A stretch of 54,001 bases of DNA, counting the filler, from Catajapyx aquilonaris (lineage: Eukaryota): NCBI GenBank assembly GCA_000934665.2. It is 2 parts of 2 records of this genome, joined end to end, with 100 filler letters (N's around TTAATTAATTAA, not from the genome) between each part and the next. Parts side by side here need not be neighbours in the genome. Positions count along the whole stretch, not along the records: positions 1 to 26,905 come from JYFJ02005139.1; positions 27,006 to 54,001 come from JYFJ02005140.1. One strand, given 5' to 3'. The notes below the pieces were generated by a model. It saw only the letters and a program-made list of their open reading frames with translations, was not told the origin of the DNA and did no database searches. The translations under genes and the position numbers were made by a program. Shown here one piece after another: positions 14,270-27,515 of the stretch (its first letter is position 1; each line of letters begins with the position of its first letter).

Positions 14270-16330
14270 GCTGTGCTTCCAACCCAGAGGGCAGTGGTTG
14301 ATCACCCGAATGCGTGCCAATGTGGAAGAATATTATGTAGTGTTGGCATTACCTTTACACCTTTACACATGGTCACATCTACACATCAGGCATTGCAGCA
14401 ATACGTTCTAAGGAAATTGCGTCGAGACAAAGTTGATGAAGAGAGAAGAGGAGGCAAACGTGGACCAGAGCCGCACTATGGTCATTGGCATAACGGTTCG
14501 CATGTCCACACAAGTCACCTCTTAAGTGACGACGACGACCTCCAATCGTGCTCAGGTCAGTAAGAATAATATTATACTCGCCCATTCGTCACACCTGGTC
14601 AGGGTGAGCCCGCCGAAATTATGGTCCGCGGGCAAGTTGACCACAACCATTGTTGGAAGTCGTCGCTCCAAGAGGGTTTTCTCATAAATATCCTACTGTA
14701 GGAGAGGGAGGAATATTATGCAGGAGGAGGTCAAGTGTAGAGACTCTTCAAATGCGTCAAATATCCTGGATAACCCACACTCGGTCTGGCCATATAGAGT
14801 CGTCACTCCTCTTTCGTTTCTCGCCATCAAAATAATCACTTCTCTCTTCCTTTCCTCCTATCACTTCTAGTTATTGTTGAGGAGCATTATTAGAACAAAA
14901 TTAGAGATAGACCTGTGGAGTCGACTCTGAAAAGGCAGCAGGGTGAGTACTATTGTCAATTGGCGTTCTACATGCGGAATGCACCCTTCTTAAATATAGT
15001 CATGTTGGTCCTGGTGACCATATAGACCAGACATAACATTAAAAACCTCCCAAAAATCTGTCTATACCATTTACCAGCTGGGGATTACTGGGACAAACAT
15101 GCGCCGTGATGCTCCATATGGAAGACGGAGGACAGCAGCATGCTGCAGCCATAATAGCGACAATGAGGATACAGTGGAGGAAGGACATAATACTGCGGCA
15201 ATCCATATGAATAAGGGGAAGGCCCGCAAGGGATGCCCCTACCACAAGATTTGCAACTATTTGGATAAGCATCAGTTGCTCACTGCATAGTTCGTCTCGG
15301 ATGAGGAGTCAATGCACCGCCTGAAGGAGGCCCTAGCCTATAGCGTTATTATATAGAGAGGATAGACATCAATAATCATGATTACTCGTGCTGGAAGTAC
15401 TAAGGCCACTCATCGCCATTATTAAACCTCAAAAAGTGTGATATTCTTCTGAGGAATATGTTCAAAATTATTGGTGATTGAATTATTTAATGATATATGG
15501 CCTATACCTTATTTTAATAACCTTGAAGAGAGGTGAAACTATATATTTCAAAACTTATGGGAGGGCCACACGGGCAATAATATATAATATTTCCAACAAT
15601 AATAATTATTTTGACAGCGGTCTGATTTTGGCAACAACGCCATTCATCAGATAAGGCTCATAATATGTCACATTTTGTCATAAAGAATGGGAGACATCTG
15701 TCCAATGTTCTTGTGCAATTGAGACTCCTGCTGAAACCGACAACTCCTGTTCAGCTCATTGTTTTGAGAAATATTCCGGAGATGACCAGTGCTGAGTGTT
15801 CCGGTCATTACTGATATGTCCAAAGGCTACGATCCGGAGCTTTGAAGCAGGACTGGTGCTTACGAATTAGAGGACCACGAAGCATACATCGAACCAAGCA
15901 TGCTCACCTTGCTCTCGGAACACAGGGGGGGAAAATCGTGAATGTAACTCTACTGTATAAAGTCCTGCACATCACAACGATCAGCTCAGGAATAATATCT
16001 CCACAGCAGACCTGTTCCAAGCCCAAGCAGACGAGAACGAAGTCTGATCATTCTGGAAATTAATGTGAAGGCCGCGCCACACATTTGAGTTTGTACAAGA
16101 GACCTTCAACCACAGGGAAGACCATGCTGAGGTCAATATGGAATACATTATTAAGAACTCTAAGTAGGACGGAGGGCAATTCTGCGAGCAGGTAGGCCTA
16201 CACGGCTACACCAAACTTAGGGCTTTGCTTGTTACACATTCCGAAGACCATGGAGCAATAATAGCAGATCATGGTGGAGTGCCCGGTTGCGAACACCTCC
16301 AATATACTTTCTCACTCGCCGAACTTGGTT
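14270..16330 (+). mobile_element. Decayed R2/RLE-type non-LTR retrotransposon remnant
   Basis: Ordered motifs: CQCGR zinc-finger-like (~14315), KRWT-like Myb start across a frameshift (~14455), TAAIHMNKGKARKGCP (~15190, RT GVRQGCP), LRSIWNTL..R..R then C(R)AG ... TMEQ..IMVECP (~16125-16285, CCHC knuckle). All degenerate. Confidence 0.4.
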
Positions 16331-16499
16331 CCTGCTTCTAATGCACAAGTAATAGGTTTACAGGTCAGAGGCAATTACGTTACTTTGACAGAAAAGGCTG
16401 GTAGAGTGTGAATAACGATGATTTATTGGACCTGCGAGATTCGCACATTAAAGAAGTGATTGAAAACCCTTTCGTTCAAGAGAACAGACAGGTGGTTAT

Positions 16500-16785
16500 C
16501 TCCTTCGTTTTTGGAAAAAAAAGTGGGAGAGACGTTCTGCCAGAGAAATTAATGTTTCCCTCCTCCTGATCTCCTGAACTTGGTTATAAATAAATTAATC
16601 GGCACCACATCCTAAACGACCCCATGAGCAAAACACTCATTACTCATGTTCTTTGGAACAAGAATATATGACCTCAATTCTTCAGTTAATCAGGTCTCAT
16701 TTCACGGATGAGGGAATGTACTGAATTTGAACCCATACCAGTATGTATTCAATTTCCAAGACGTGTCCTGAGTTCAGCTATGACC
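16500..16785 (+). repeat. Old dispersed repeat, copy 1 (homologous to 21885-22035)
   Basis: Shared blocks ttttggaaaa..gagaga..tctgccagagaaat.aat.tttccctcct and ttcca(a)gacgtgtcct..agttcag. Confidence 0.6.
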
Positions 16786-17365
16786 CAAATTTTAAGCAAC
16801 ACAGTAATGAAAATGGTGAATAACTGAGTCAGAATCCACTCACTGGAAACCTGGTCTATGAAAATAATGGAGACATATATAGCTACCCACATCGTCAAGT
16901 TACATTATTTTGTCACCATTCAAGCTGAAGGCAAACCGATTTGTATATACGTATAGGCCTACTCTATACACAAGTTGGAGGCACAAACAAAGGACAAGCG
17001 AATTGGCGTTGTCAAAAATGATACATCGAGTGGTGCTCTTGGAGGGAGTCAAGGAGGGAGTTGAGATCATGCTGGCGTCGTTGTGGCCAGTGTAGTGGCT
17101 TGAATTGCCATATCAACAGAATTTTCTTGTGCCGGCGCGGCGGCGCATGGCACTCTCACTGTAGTTGTACAGAAACGGACTCATCGTGCCAAGCAAGTAC
17201 GGAAACGCCACAAAAACTCGGCATTGTCAACACTGCTGGTCATGCACTGTTCAAATCGATGCTTCAAAATTGGACATTTTTTTTTTGTTAAGAATGTCTT
17301 TCAAGCGTGTCCAACACTCGTGAAACTGTATTCAGACATCACATTCACATGATTCAGCGCCTTAA

Positions 17366-17872
17366 AGGGACACTCCACTCAAAATGCAAGTTGGGCTCTA
17401 AGAATCGGGCAAAAAATCCTGATTCCGAAGGTGCAATCGGTTTTTTTCTACGCGGAACAGAAAAGCCAGGACGAGGCGTTAAAGACTCAGAATTTGCGTC
17501 GTCTGCTAATGAGCTGCCCCGCCAGCCCAGTCCGCCACCGCCGTGAGCGCCGCCACCGGGCACTAGGCGAAAGTGATACAGTGCTGAAAGTCGGGTCGGG
17601 TCAAGAGGTGGCGGGATAAACTTGTGGGACGGACCAAAGATGGCGCGGACCATGGCGTGGATCTAGATGGCGCAAGAATTTCCAAATTTCTGCCCAGTCC
17701 CGGGCAGTCCCGGAGGAGGCGCTGCTGTTTTGCGCCAGATTCGAATTGCCTAACTTTGACGGCTCGCTCTGGCCTTACCGTTCGTCTCTCAGAAAAACTG
17801 CTGATACACTCGGAATCAGGATTTCTTGCCCGATTTTTAGAGCCCAACTTGCATTTTGAGTGGAGTGTCCCT
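17366..17872. mobile_element. Kolobok-like non-autonomous element (507 bp, TTAA TSD)
   Basis: TTAA|AGGGACACTCCACTCAAAATGCAAGTTGGGCTCTAA ... TTAGAGCCCAACTTGCATTTTGAGTGGAGTGTCCCT|TTAA. AG..CT termini with a TTAA TSD fit Kolobok better than piggyBac (CC..GG). Confidence 0.85.
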
Positions 17873-20199
17873 TTAACGTTGCTTGCAAAATGACTCCATA
17901 ACCGTCAATTGCAGGCAAAAATTCAAATTTTGTATATAGTACCTGTAATTGGCGACCATTCATTTCAGTGGTAGCCGTATTGAATCAACACTGTTGCAAT
18001 GAATAAATATGTGGCAGCTGTGCCAAAGGAAATCCTTGTATTATCATCATCATCAAGTAAAGTAAGCAATACATTGAAGAGCCACCGAGATGTCAGGGCA
18101 ATTCCTGCCCATTTCCTTCCCTGAAGCCCATCCATTCGAGAACCATAACTGAGAGCGATAAGAAGCTAAGCATGACAGAATTGCCATCAGGAACCAGGAG
18201 TGACATCCTACGCTATGTCGTATGAAGAGAGAGCATTGTCCATTGTTCATTTGTCCATATCCCGTAAAAAGGCAAACATAATTATTTTCAACTACACAAC
18301 CCGCCACGAGGCGAGTGGTCAACAACATTCAGAGGTCAATGGGCGCCTTTTGTTACCAGTGGAAGACACCGACTGCGGCGAGAACCCGACAGAACTGGAT
18401 GGTCATTAACCGCAATGGACGCAATGACGTAGTAATTCTGCCATGACAATTAAGCACTCTATTAAAACGAAGCAAGAGTCACAACAAAATCTCACGTGGC
18501 TGATCCTGAATTGGATTGACACAGTCGAATGCCACAGACCACCCCACCGTCCTCTATCTCCTGCCTCTTCCACCAGACTGTTTGGAACAGTTTTTATTTT
18601 TTTAATGAAAAAAATATTAAGGTCGTCATGCTAAGTCAACAACTCTTCAGTGTTGCCAACCGAGTGGATACAAAATAATGTGGTTGATCTGCATTGTTGT
18701 AGCGACCATTGAATCCCAGCATGTTTTTAAGGAGGGTGAATATATTATAAAGTTGGCAGTTCGTATGATGTGACTTTTGCCAAGAGACAAACTATGAGGG
18801 AAAAAGTAGAATCTTCAGTTTTGCCAACTTACAGGGTCAGCTGGTTTTAAGGCGGATTGACTAGCCCATAAGAGCTCATAAACCCTCCATATTTGCCAAC
18901 GTATACAGTCAGAGCGCGACGAACACACAATTGAGACCTACGGGACCTATACGTATACCACACTGGCGCCCTAACATCAGACCAATTGGAAACAGAGCTA
19001 GCCGCGCCCATCAACAGCGAGGGAAGTCATCGAACTATTCGCCCATAACCATAACCGTACCCATCGTTGACGACACATTGTTGAGGGATTATATTGTTGC
19101 AATGCTATCAGATGGCCTGCATCAGGTGTGAACGAAGGGCCATATATACTGTACGTCGGAATAGCTCAAGCGGGGACGTGGTGGAAGAGGCGTCGCAGAG
19201 AAAAGGGACGCCGCGCCGCGCCGCGCCGTCGCGTCGCTGAGATATACATCGCAGTGGACAACTCGCGGCGGATTTTTCGGTGACTCTGCAATACATCTGG
19301 AATATTATAAATTATTATAAATTAATAGCGTGGATGAGCTACCTTTTTAATTATTGTGAGGAACGGCCGGACCACGAGTAGCAGAGATTAGGAAAATAAG
19401 CTTCCTATTTCAACAATGCACCACTCTTATAAATAACCAGCCAATGTGTGAATGGCCCACCAGGCACTCGATCACGATTCGGCGAAATACGAGCTATTTT
19501 ACGAAGCATATAGTCATGGAGTAAACTGGATCACTTTAGACCTTAATGCCTTATTTACTCCGAATGGAAAGGCGAGAAGATGAATCTTCATTATCCAGGT
19601 GTATATGAGGGCCATTCACCGTCGCATGGAAACTTAGACCTAGGCTATAATAATTCTGAAAAGCATTTCTCAAGGCACTTGTTACTTCAACGGGCATGTC
19701 AGAGATTGAGGGTAACATAATTATCTATAGTTTACGCAGCAATATTCACATCTCCCGTGACCTGATTATTACAAAATAAATGCCACAACATACTGTGGTG
19801 GTTCCTCACGACCCTTGCCGTGATGAAGGAATTGATAAAAAGAGCCGGACCGAGAGCCGGACTGTCCCATCAAAGGCACCGAACCTATCGTGACCATGTT
19901 TACGACTAGTAGTTTGTTAACCGTTAACCGTTCACTTTGCAGTTTTTGTGATAATTTAACCTCCCTTCATACTATTCTGCCCTCGATGCTCAGCAGGTCA
20001 TCAGTAATCAGGGAAGTCACAAATGCGGCAAAACTGAAAATAACCCAACACACAGCTTCTGTCTGCTAAATTCTCACTCCACAGTGCACATGTGTGGAAG
20101 GAAGATCTATGTACAGTACATGACAGAAGCGTTTGTTACACTCTTTACTATACTGTCGACCCGAAATACATAATATATATTATTGGCTCTGCATTTATT

Positions 20200-20475
20200 A
20201 TAATAATAATTCATACCCCCATTATCAGCCGGCGGCTCTTTAGGGGGGGTTTTGACTGGAACTCTTTGCTTTCATTTACTTTGCTTTTTGGGATAGGATA
20301 GGGGCGGAAGGAAGCGGCTGTGGCCTATTATTTAGGGAGCAATCCCGGAATTTTTCTGGGGGGACCGTGGGAAACCACAGAAAACCACGGTTAGGATTTC
20401 CGGCCCCGGGACTCGAACCCAGGACCTCCCGATTAGCAGTTGAACACCTTATCCACTCCATCAAACTGCTTCGGT
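20200..20475 (-). mobile_element. tRNA-derived SINE, family A, copy 2
   Basis: Homologous to 6072-6372 (same 5' start ACCGAAGCAG, B box GGTTCGAGTCC, (TTA)n tail); TSD ATTGGCTCTG[C/T]ATTTATT at 20182-20199 and 20476-20493. Confidence 0.9.
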
Positions 20476-21884
20476 ATTGGCTCTGTATTTATTGTATACG
20501 TACTGTATACGCACTACATTGTAATGTGTGTGTGGTACGGTGTGATGTAACAACATCACTTTATTTGTCAAGTAATTTATATCTAATGAAGCTCAAAGCG
20601 TGACGAACCCACGACATGGGGGGAAGCGAGCACAATTATTTATTGACAAAATAGCCTGATAAGATAATCTGCTGAATCATTTTCTGGAACGTGTTTCTCC
20701 AGTATAAGAGATTGATTCTATTACTTCAATCCCGAAAACACTGCGCAAAGGCTGCACATCCCGCCTGGAAAGTGGTGCTGGGAATCACAGTAATTCACGC
20801 CAATGAAATCCATCATGGACTTCATGGTACTTTGCTCTATAGGTGCCAGTTAACAAAGAGCTCACACATCAGTAGCGACACGCAGTCAAACCTGCAGGAA
20901 GTTCTGCCTGAGATGGACAGCGCCTCTCAAAGTGCACTATGGAAAGAACTTCGTAAATAGGTGGAGCCTGTCTCATTGGGAATGTATATATGAATACGGG
21001 ACAACCGATTACTTCTAAGAGTATTGTTCGGACAAGTGTACCCTTCATTACATGCCTTTCATTAATTAACTAACAATTTATTTTATTACAGTAGGTCACA
21101 TCATTTCCTGCATCGGGCGAAAACATCAAACTGAACGCGTAATGTTCAGCCGAATGTCCCAGAGATCAGTAGTGTTCATACGCTGCTTATGCGCAGTACT
21201 GAATATATGGCCCAATGGCATAATTAGTCATATTGGCATCTAAAGGTAGTAGTTACAAAACCTCCTTTTTCGCAAACCAGATTCCTTTCAAACGATCAGC
21301 AGAATCAGGCGCTGCAACTAATATTAAAAGGTAATATCTTTGATAAACGTGACGTTAACAACGCAACTGGCGAAGGAGAAAGAAATATTCCGCCACACAC
21401 GTAAAACCACACATTATTGCTATCACACAACTTCATTTCTTATAGGTTGGCTGCAATCCAATTCCCTTATAGGTGCACCTTCTGACACCGTATACCGCCG
21501 TATACATGCCGTTGACGTTTCTTTCGCTCGTTACGGCTCGGCGTCAAAATACACGTATGTTCTGCAACCTTTGAATGACTGGATGCAGTCAATCACTAAC
21601 ATTCCAGATGGATACGAAACCCCATGATAAGGAAGGCGGACAATACTCAGGCAGTAAGGCCTGATGAGCATTCTATCAGACGGACGTTGTTACTTGATAT
21701 AGAGACGCAAGCTACGTTTCGTTATAGGCCGGGCGCAACTAGGGGGGAATATTAGGCACGGCGATCTAGAAGAACTGAATAATTATAACCCACACATCGC
21801 CGGTTGTTACACTACGTTATAACGACGCGACGTAGCAAGATAGGCAACATCGACAAAAAGCTATCCCCACAGTAATATGATTGT

Positions 21885-22035
21885 GTCCTTTGATTTTGGA
21901 AAAGGTGTGAGAGACTAACTTATCTGCCAGAGAAATGAATCTTTCCCTCCTTTTCTTAAATGCGGTCGCATTTCAACGAGGAAGGGAAATACATTTCGCA
22001 CATCTTCCAGACGTGTCCTTGCAGTTCAGTGTGGC
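21885..22035 (+). repeat. Old dispersed repeat, copy 2
   Basis: See 16500-16785; this copy lacks about 130 bp of internal sequence. Confidence 0.55.
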
Positions 22036-23090
22036 CTTGCTATCATTAAGCATGGTTAAGCATCATCTCCATGAACGCGTCAGGTGATTCCCTTGAAAAC
22101 ACCTTTAGTATTAGTCGATATGTGCAGAAAGGGCTTTGCTCCAAACGAAATGTTGATAGTGTGGCAGAACCTGCTCAAGATTACAGCTCAACCAATCCAG
22201 ACTGCTCTATATAGACCTTTCTCTATAGACTCTAGAGTTTACTACGAGTTACTCAGACCATCCAAGCCTGCATGGCCCTCAAAATGGCGGCAGTTTACAA
22301 ACACTCTGATTTTTACATTTTGTTCTCTAAATAGTCACAATATTGAGAAAATATGCCTCATTCCGGCCCCAAGCGAATTGCAAGTACCTTGCATGTTTGC
22401 AACCAGTTGGCGCCTTTTCATTTCAACACTGGTTTTATTCATCATGGAAAAAAAGCAGTGGTCTATACTTTATTAAGGATGGCAGAAAATGAGCCATACA
22501 TAACGCCATTTATTGTGCATGCACACACAGTATTAATGTGCACAGGGGGATGTTGCGCGTTGACCTCCGACCTCCGACCTGTGTGACCACCATAATCATG
22601 CTAATGCTTCCTCCAGACTGTTCCAAAGAGTCTGTTAAGTTAATTGTTTTTTCGGTCGTCTTACCCACCCTTACGAGTCACTTTCCTGTGTCTCACCTGA
22701 CCCATATATTTGCACCAAGCAAATTCGACTCATTGCTGCACCACAAACCACCATCAGTAATGCCGAGTCATGCAATCAGTGATATGGGACAGTGCTGATG
22801 ACAACAGCATGATATAGCTGAAGTGGGAGGAGAATATGGATTGTGCTGGAAACATATTGCGCTAAGGTAAAACCGACCTTAACCTTATATGAAACTCATA
22901 GTTTATCACGGAAAAAGTGTAAGTTCATCATCGTTCCGTCAGTCATCAACAAAGGTCAGAAACCGTATTTACACGTTAAAATACGTAATATATTAAGCAG
23001 AATTTTGCCATTTGGGGGGAAGACATGAGGTTGTTGGTTTGTGAATGGGGTAGGCCTAGACGTGCATCTCTTGGAACGGTTCCGTCACAC

Positions 23091-23235
23091 TTCGTCCGAA
23101 ACAAACTAGCCCGACAAAACTTTTGTCGGGCTAGTTTGTTTCGGACGAACGTAACATAGCCGCTCGACGACAGCTACTACGGCGGGCGAGTCACTCGCCC
23201 GCCGTAGTAGCTGTCGTCGAGCGGCTGTGTTACGT
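23091..23235. repeat. Two back-to-back palindromes
   Basis: 23091-23149: perfect 29-bp arms around a single C. 23149-23235: 43-bp arms with one mismatch around a single C. Confidence 0.95.
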
Positions 23236-24414
23236 CGGGCTAGTTCGCATCGGGCGAATTGGTATGATACCCCTTGAAACAGAAGGACATTTTAGGCTAT
23301 TTGATGATGAACTTGCAGTACATACATACGAAACTCCACGAAACTGCATCACACGCCTGTCATTTGTGCACCTTATATCAGCTAGCAACAGAGGAGACGT
23401 AAGAGGCCACGCGACGGCCTGGTTTACTTTCTGATACCATTGTCGGCAGTATAATATTATTTTACTGTGCAAACTTGAATTTGATCCTCTCCCGTATATA
23501 GAATTAAGGTTCCGCTTTTTGTTGGAGACCTCTAACCTTCGATCCCCTCGCCTCCTGTCAACAGTGCATCTGAAGCCATCGTCCTATTCACTGTCTTTTA
23601 TGTTTTGTGCTCCATATAATGCGAGGTAATCGCATCAGCGATTCTTATAAACATTGATGAGACACACTATAATGCGAAACAGAAAAGAGTTCATTCAGTC
23701 TTTTGTTTGAGACTATATTCACATGAGCAGCCAGAAGCTTCTTGTTACATTTGTTTTTGAGTAATACAGTCTGCTGGTATAGTTGGGCGCTTGGCCTATA
23801 TAAGCTGAAGATGTTCTTTGCATCCGAGTTGAAAATAGTGCGGATTATGACGCTACGTCTGCTGACGTCAGACATCCAAATATTGCTGAATTAATTTAAA
23901 TGAAGAATCAAGCATAACAATAAGTGTCCCGCTTACTCCTGCCGGAGAGAGTCAGATGGTTTCCACTTGACCTTCCCGTGTCAAAATCACTATGAGAGAC
24001 CGAGAGAATTATTGAGGATCGCATTTTGACTATTACTAGTCAACACCAAAACCTCTTTCTCAGGATGAGGTCAATGTGGCAGGAGCCATCCTGAGATCGT
24101 TGCATATAACTGCTTATATACATATGCGATTCTGAATGTGATCGTATGGTATAGCTGCAGAATCTATTATTGCAGACAGCATTACACACGTCTTAATGCT
24201 CATTGCGAGATATGGTGTATGCCTATCATATATCGTCATCATCAGATATCTTATACGACGTAATAATTATTATTATGCACTCTATGTCTATAGCAATAGT
24301 TCAATCTTTCATGTTTTGAATCACTCGTATTATTAGAAGAGTAAAAAACGGAAGATATTCATTCCTGCTGTGCCCGCCACACAGCACCTGCTTACAACTT
24401 ACAACTCTTCGCCT

Positions 24415-25078
24415 ATAGGACCTTTTAGCCGTGACGTATTTGTTTACCTTTTTTTTCGCGGCGGCCATGTTGGTTGGGCAGAACCAGCAATGGCGGCATG
24501 CTGAGCGGGTTATTTCCGCAACAATATCTCGAGTAAGTAAGCCACACCGGGCTTTTTTTCGGTTCCAAATTGATGTGGAGGGGAGGGCCAGATTGTTGGC
24601 CGCCGTCAGGAGAGTGGAGAAGGTCGAGAAAAGTTGGTAACCCACCAAACATCGACGGATTTGCGGAGCTCGCACTTTGCACAAAGTAACCATTTCCCGT
24701 GTTTATTTCCCTGCTGGAAGTTGCAGTGTGACTAATTAACCCCGGCGAACCTCACACACCGGCACAAACACTGCCAACAACACGAGCAGGAGCGATCATT
24801 TACCCACGAGAGTATCGTATCGAGTATCGTATCGCCTCGCCTCGCCTCTTTGTTTCTCCCGTAGTAAGACTTTTCGCGTAGTGCGGCAGTGGTTCCAAAG
24901 GGCGGGCCATGTCGGGGAGCCCCGTATGTAGGCCACGGGCCAACCACGGGCCACAGCAGAGCTCATAAACCCCGGCAGACCTCAAAAACCCTGCCAACAA
25001 CACGGGTGGGATAGGGGTTTTACCCAACCAACATGGCGGCCGCCTTTGTTGTGATGACGTAGCGTTAAAAGGTCCATT
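24415..25078 (+). mobile_element. Non-autonomous DNA transposon carrying a decayed THAP domain (ISL2EU/Harbinger-like)
   Basis: Imperfect TIRs ATAGGACCTTTTAGC / GTTAAAAGGTCCATT plus inverted GCCATGTTGGTTGGG / CCCAACCAACATGGC; internal THAP pseudo-ORF. Confidence 0.65.
24490..24690 (+). pseudogene. THAP zinc-finger pseudo-ORF
   Basis: MAAC*AGYFRNN (frameshift) KPHRAFFRFQIDVEGRARLLAAVRRVEKVEKSW*PTKHRRICG(frameshift)HF matches the THAP pattern C..C...FxFP...W...R...P...xCxxHF. Confidence 0.75.
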
Positions 25079-26905
25079 GAGACGCCTGCCAGAGAGACAG
25101 AGGAAATCATGCCATCTAGCGAGGAACAGACAACATGCAAAATCAACCAAACACCACGGCTAATCACTCCACCAGTGATACTATTGCCATGTGGCATCAT
25201 CTTTGAGGATGTGGAAACTTGTTGGAGACAATAAGCTGCACTTGCTCTCACTGTCAGTATACGCGTGTATACGCCTATAAGCAGACAGTTTCTAATTACG
25301 CAGAGCCGAAGCCGTAGCATGGAGTGAAAATCAATTATCCCGCTGCAATGGACACCTAAGTCATGTACGTAGAGCATCAGGAATTGGCACCTGGAGGAAC
25401 GACGATCGTTTAATCTCTCTCCATGAAGAAGCTATACATAACAATTATACCCAATGCATCTTTATGGTATAGTCTATGTTACATCAAAGGGATGGTTAGA
25501 CTCACCTTCCACTCATCCATAAGCCTGCACTCTATATACCGAGTCATATGAACACAAGACCATGTGGCATCGATCTACAATAAGTATACCGTATTTGTTT
25601 CAAATAAATAATAATTGATGGATCACGCTTAAATCTTAATCGACCCCGCGACGGGACCTGACACAATAATTGGCGTGGCCAATGATTGACTAGAGCAGTC
25701 GATAGCAGTGAGGAAGTGACACTATAATAAAAATACCCCTTGAAAGGAATATAATTATATGCTATTTCATTCGAATAAGTAGCACAAATAGTCAAATAAA
25801 CGACTCTCACGTGGCAGTCGCGCATCGATGTCTCCTTCATTCTATAAATACGAGTACGATTAGGGAATTCTGGTCGCGTGTTTTAGCCTATACTGCATTA
25901 TGTAGGAAAGGCACTATGCAATATTTATGAGTAGGCCTACATGTTACATCAACATAATTTAATGGCGTGCATTTATCCCACTTCACCATAATGGCGTTAT
26001 TTTGTCATTCATCTACCCAATAACAGGCCTTTCGTTTCTTATAGGATTCAGACATGATGGCATCATGTTTCCCATCAGTATTCTGATGGAGCTCTGGACC
26101 TCACTGCTTACTGTAGAGCAGGCCACTTTGTACACATTCCAGATTATAAGTGAAATGCAATAACCAGACCATAACCAAGAACACGACGCTGGCTCACTTT
26201 TAACTGCTGCTCACATGCACGTTGTTGCCAGCAATAATTACGATTCTCCCCAAACCCGGTAGGCCTACATTTCCTGCTTCGATTTATCTACATTTCCTAC
26301 AACAATTTCCGGCTTCGATTTACGTAGCCTATATCTATACTATAGAGCCCCCTTCCTATATACCACGTTCATCTTTCCCCGGACTCACATTATTATATAT
26401 AAGAAGGCGACTATTGCTCTGTCGGGCAGAATGGAAAGGATGGGTTATTCCTCTTTCCGACGTCAAACATTGATTGATATCACAAATACCGTCTCTCCGA
26501 ATGTCCGGTCCAGAGAAGTGTAAGAGTCGGAGGAAAGGAGGTGAATAGGAGGAGCAGCCTCGGCCGATCACACTCTCAACAACTTCCCATATCACATGAA
26601 CCCCCCCGCTAGTTGGAGTCTACATTTTCTTCCTTTGCTTGGCCAGAGTCTGATGAAAGCAAGTATAGGCCCAATGTATAGGCCTATCGATACCTGTATG
26701 TGAATGACCCAGAGACAAAATTTTACAGGGGAGACAAAAAACTGAAATGCGGCATTGTAAATTCGTCAAGGTGGTCGGACTTGCGGGAATGTTAATCTTA
26801 GTCGACATTGGCATCTTGTTGAGCAGAGTTCGGTGGAAAACGCGTCATGACAGATTCGTGAGAGCGATTTAAAGGGACGGGACTTACGTCCTTTTACTTC
26901 AACAT

Positions 26906-27005
26906 NNNNNNNNNNNNNNNNNNNNNNNNNNNNNNNNNNNNNNNNNNNNTTAATTAATTAANNNNNNNNNNNNNNNNNNNNNNNNNNNNNNNNNNNNNNN
27001 NNNNN
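26906..27005. other. Artificial contig joint (N44-TTAATTAATTAA-N44)
   Basis: Exactly 100 bp, symmetric, with a six-frame stop linker at 26950-26961. Confidence 0.95.
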
Positions 27006-27515
27006 GGGGGCATACACATATTACATCATCATCGAGGGGGGTTCACTACCTGGTGACCAAGGATGATGAGAGGGGGAGGGGTCCAGGTTGTAATGACGTC
27101 ACTTTTTACCCTTAAAAATTACACCGATTTTCTCTGTAGACGCAGTAAAAATGTTGAAGAAAATATAGTGTGCCAACTGCCAAATATAAGGGACAATATT
27201 GTCAGAAACAGACACCCTTAATAACTGTGTTTCGCATATGTCTTAATTACAATTAAACTATTGTGATTAATTAGATTATAAAATCATATTCCGACGCGAT
27301 TCAAGTGTTGGCACGATCAATGATTTAAAAGGGTTTAATTTTTTTTAAAGATTGAGCAGTTTGATACTCCCCCAAAAATATACGTATTGCAAAATAAGCG
27401 CCATCGCTCACGGCCATCATTTGTCACTTTTTTATCTTCCTTCTCCGATAAAAAGTAGGCATATCGAATTAAAGCCCAAGTGGCCTGGCAGTCACATACA
27501 CAGACGACAGACGTA

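Noticed and set aside
26950..26961. TTAATTAATTAA as a biological motif or a sign of bacterial origin
   Set aside because: It is a synthetic linker, and the flanking content is clearly animal-like.
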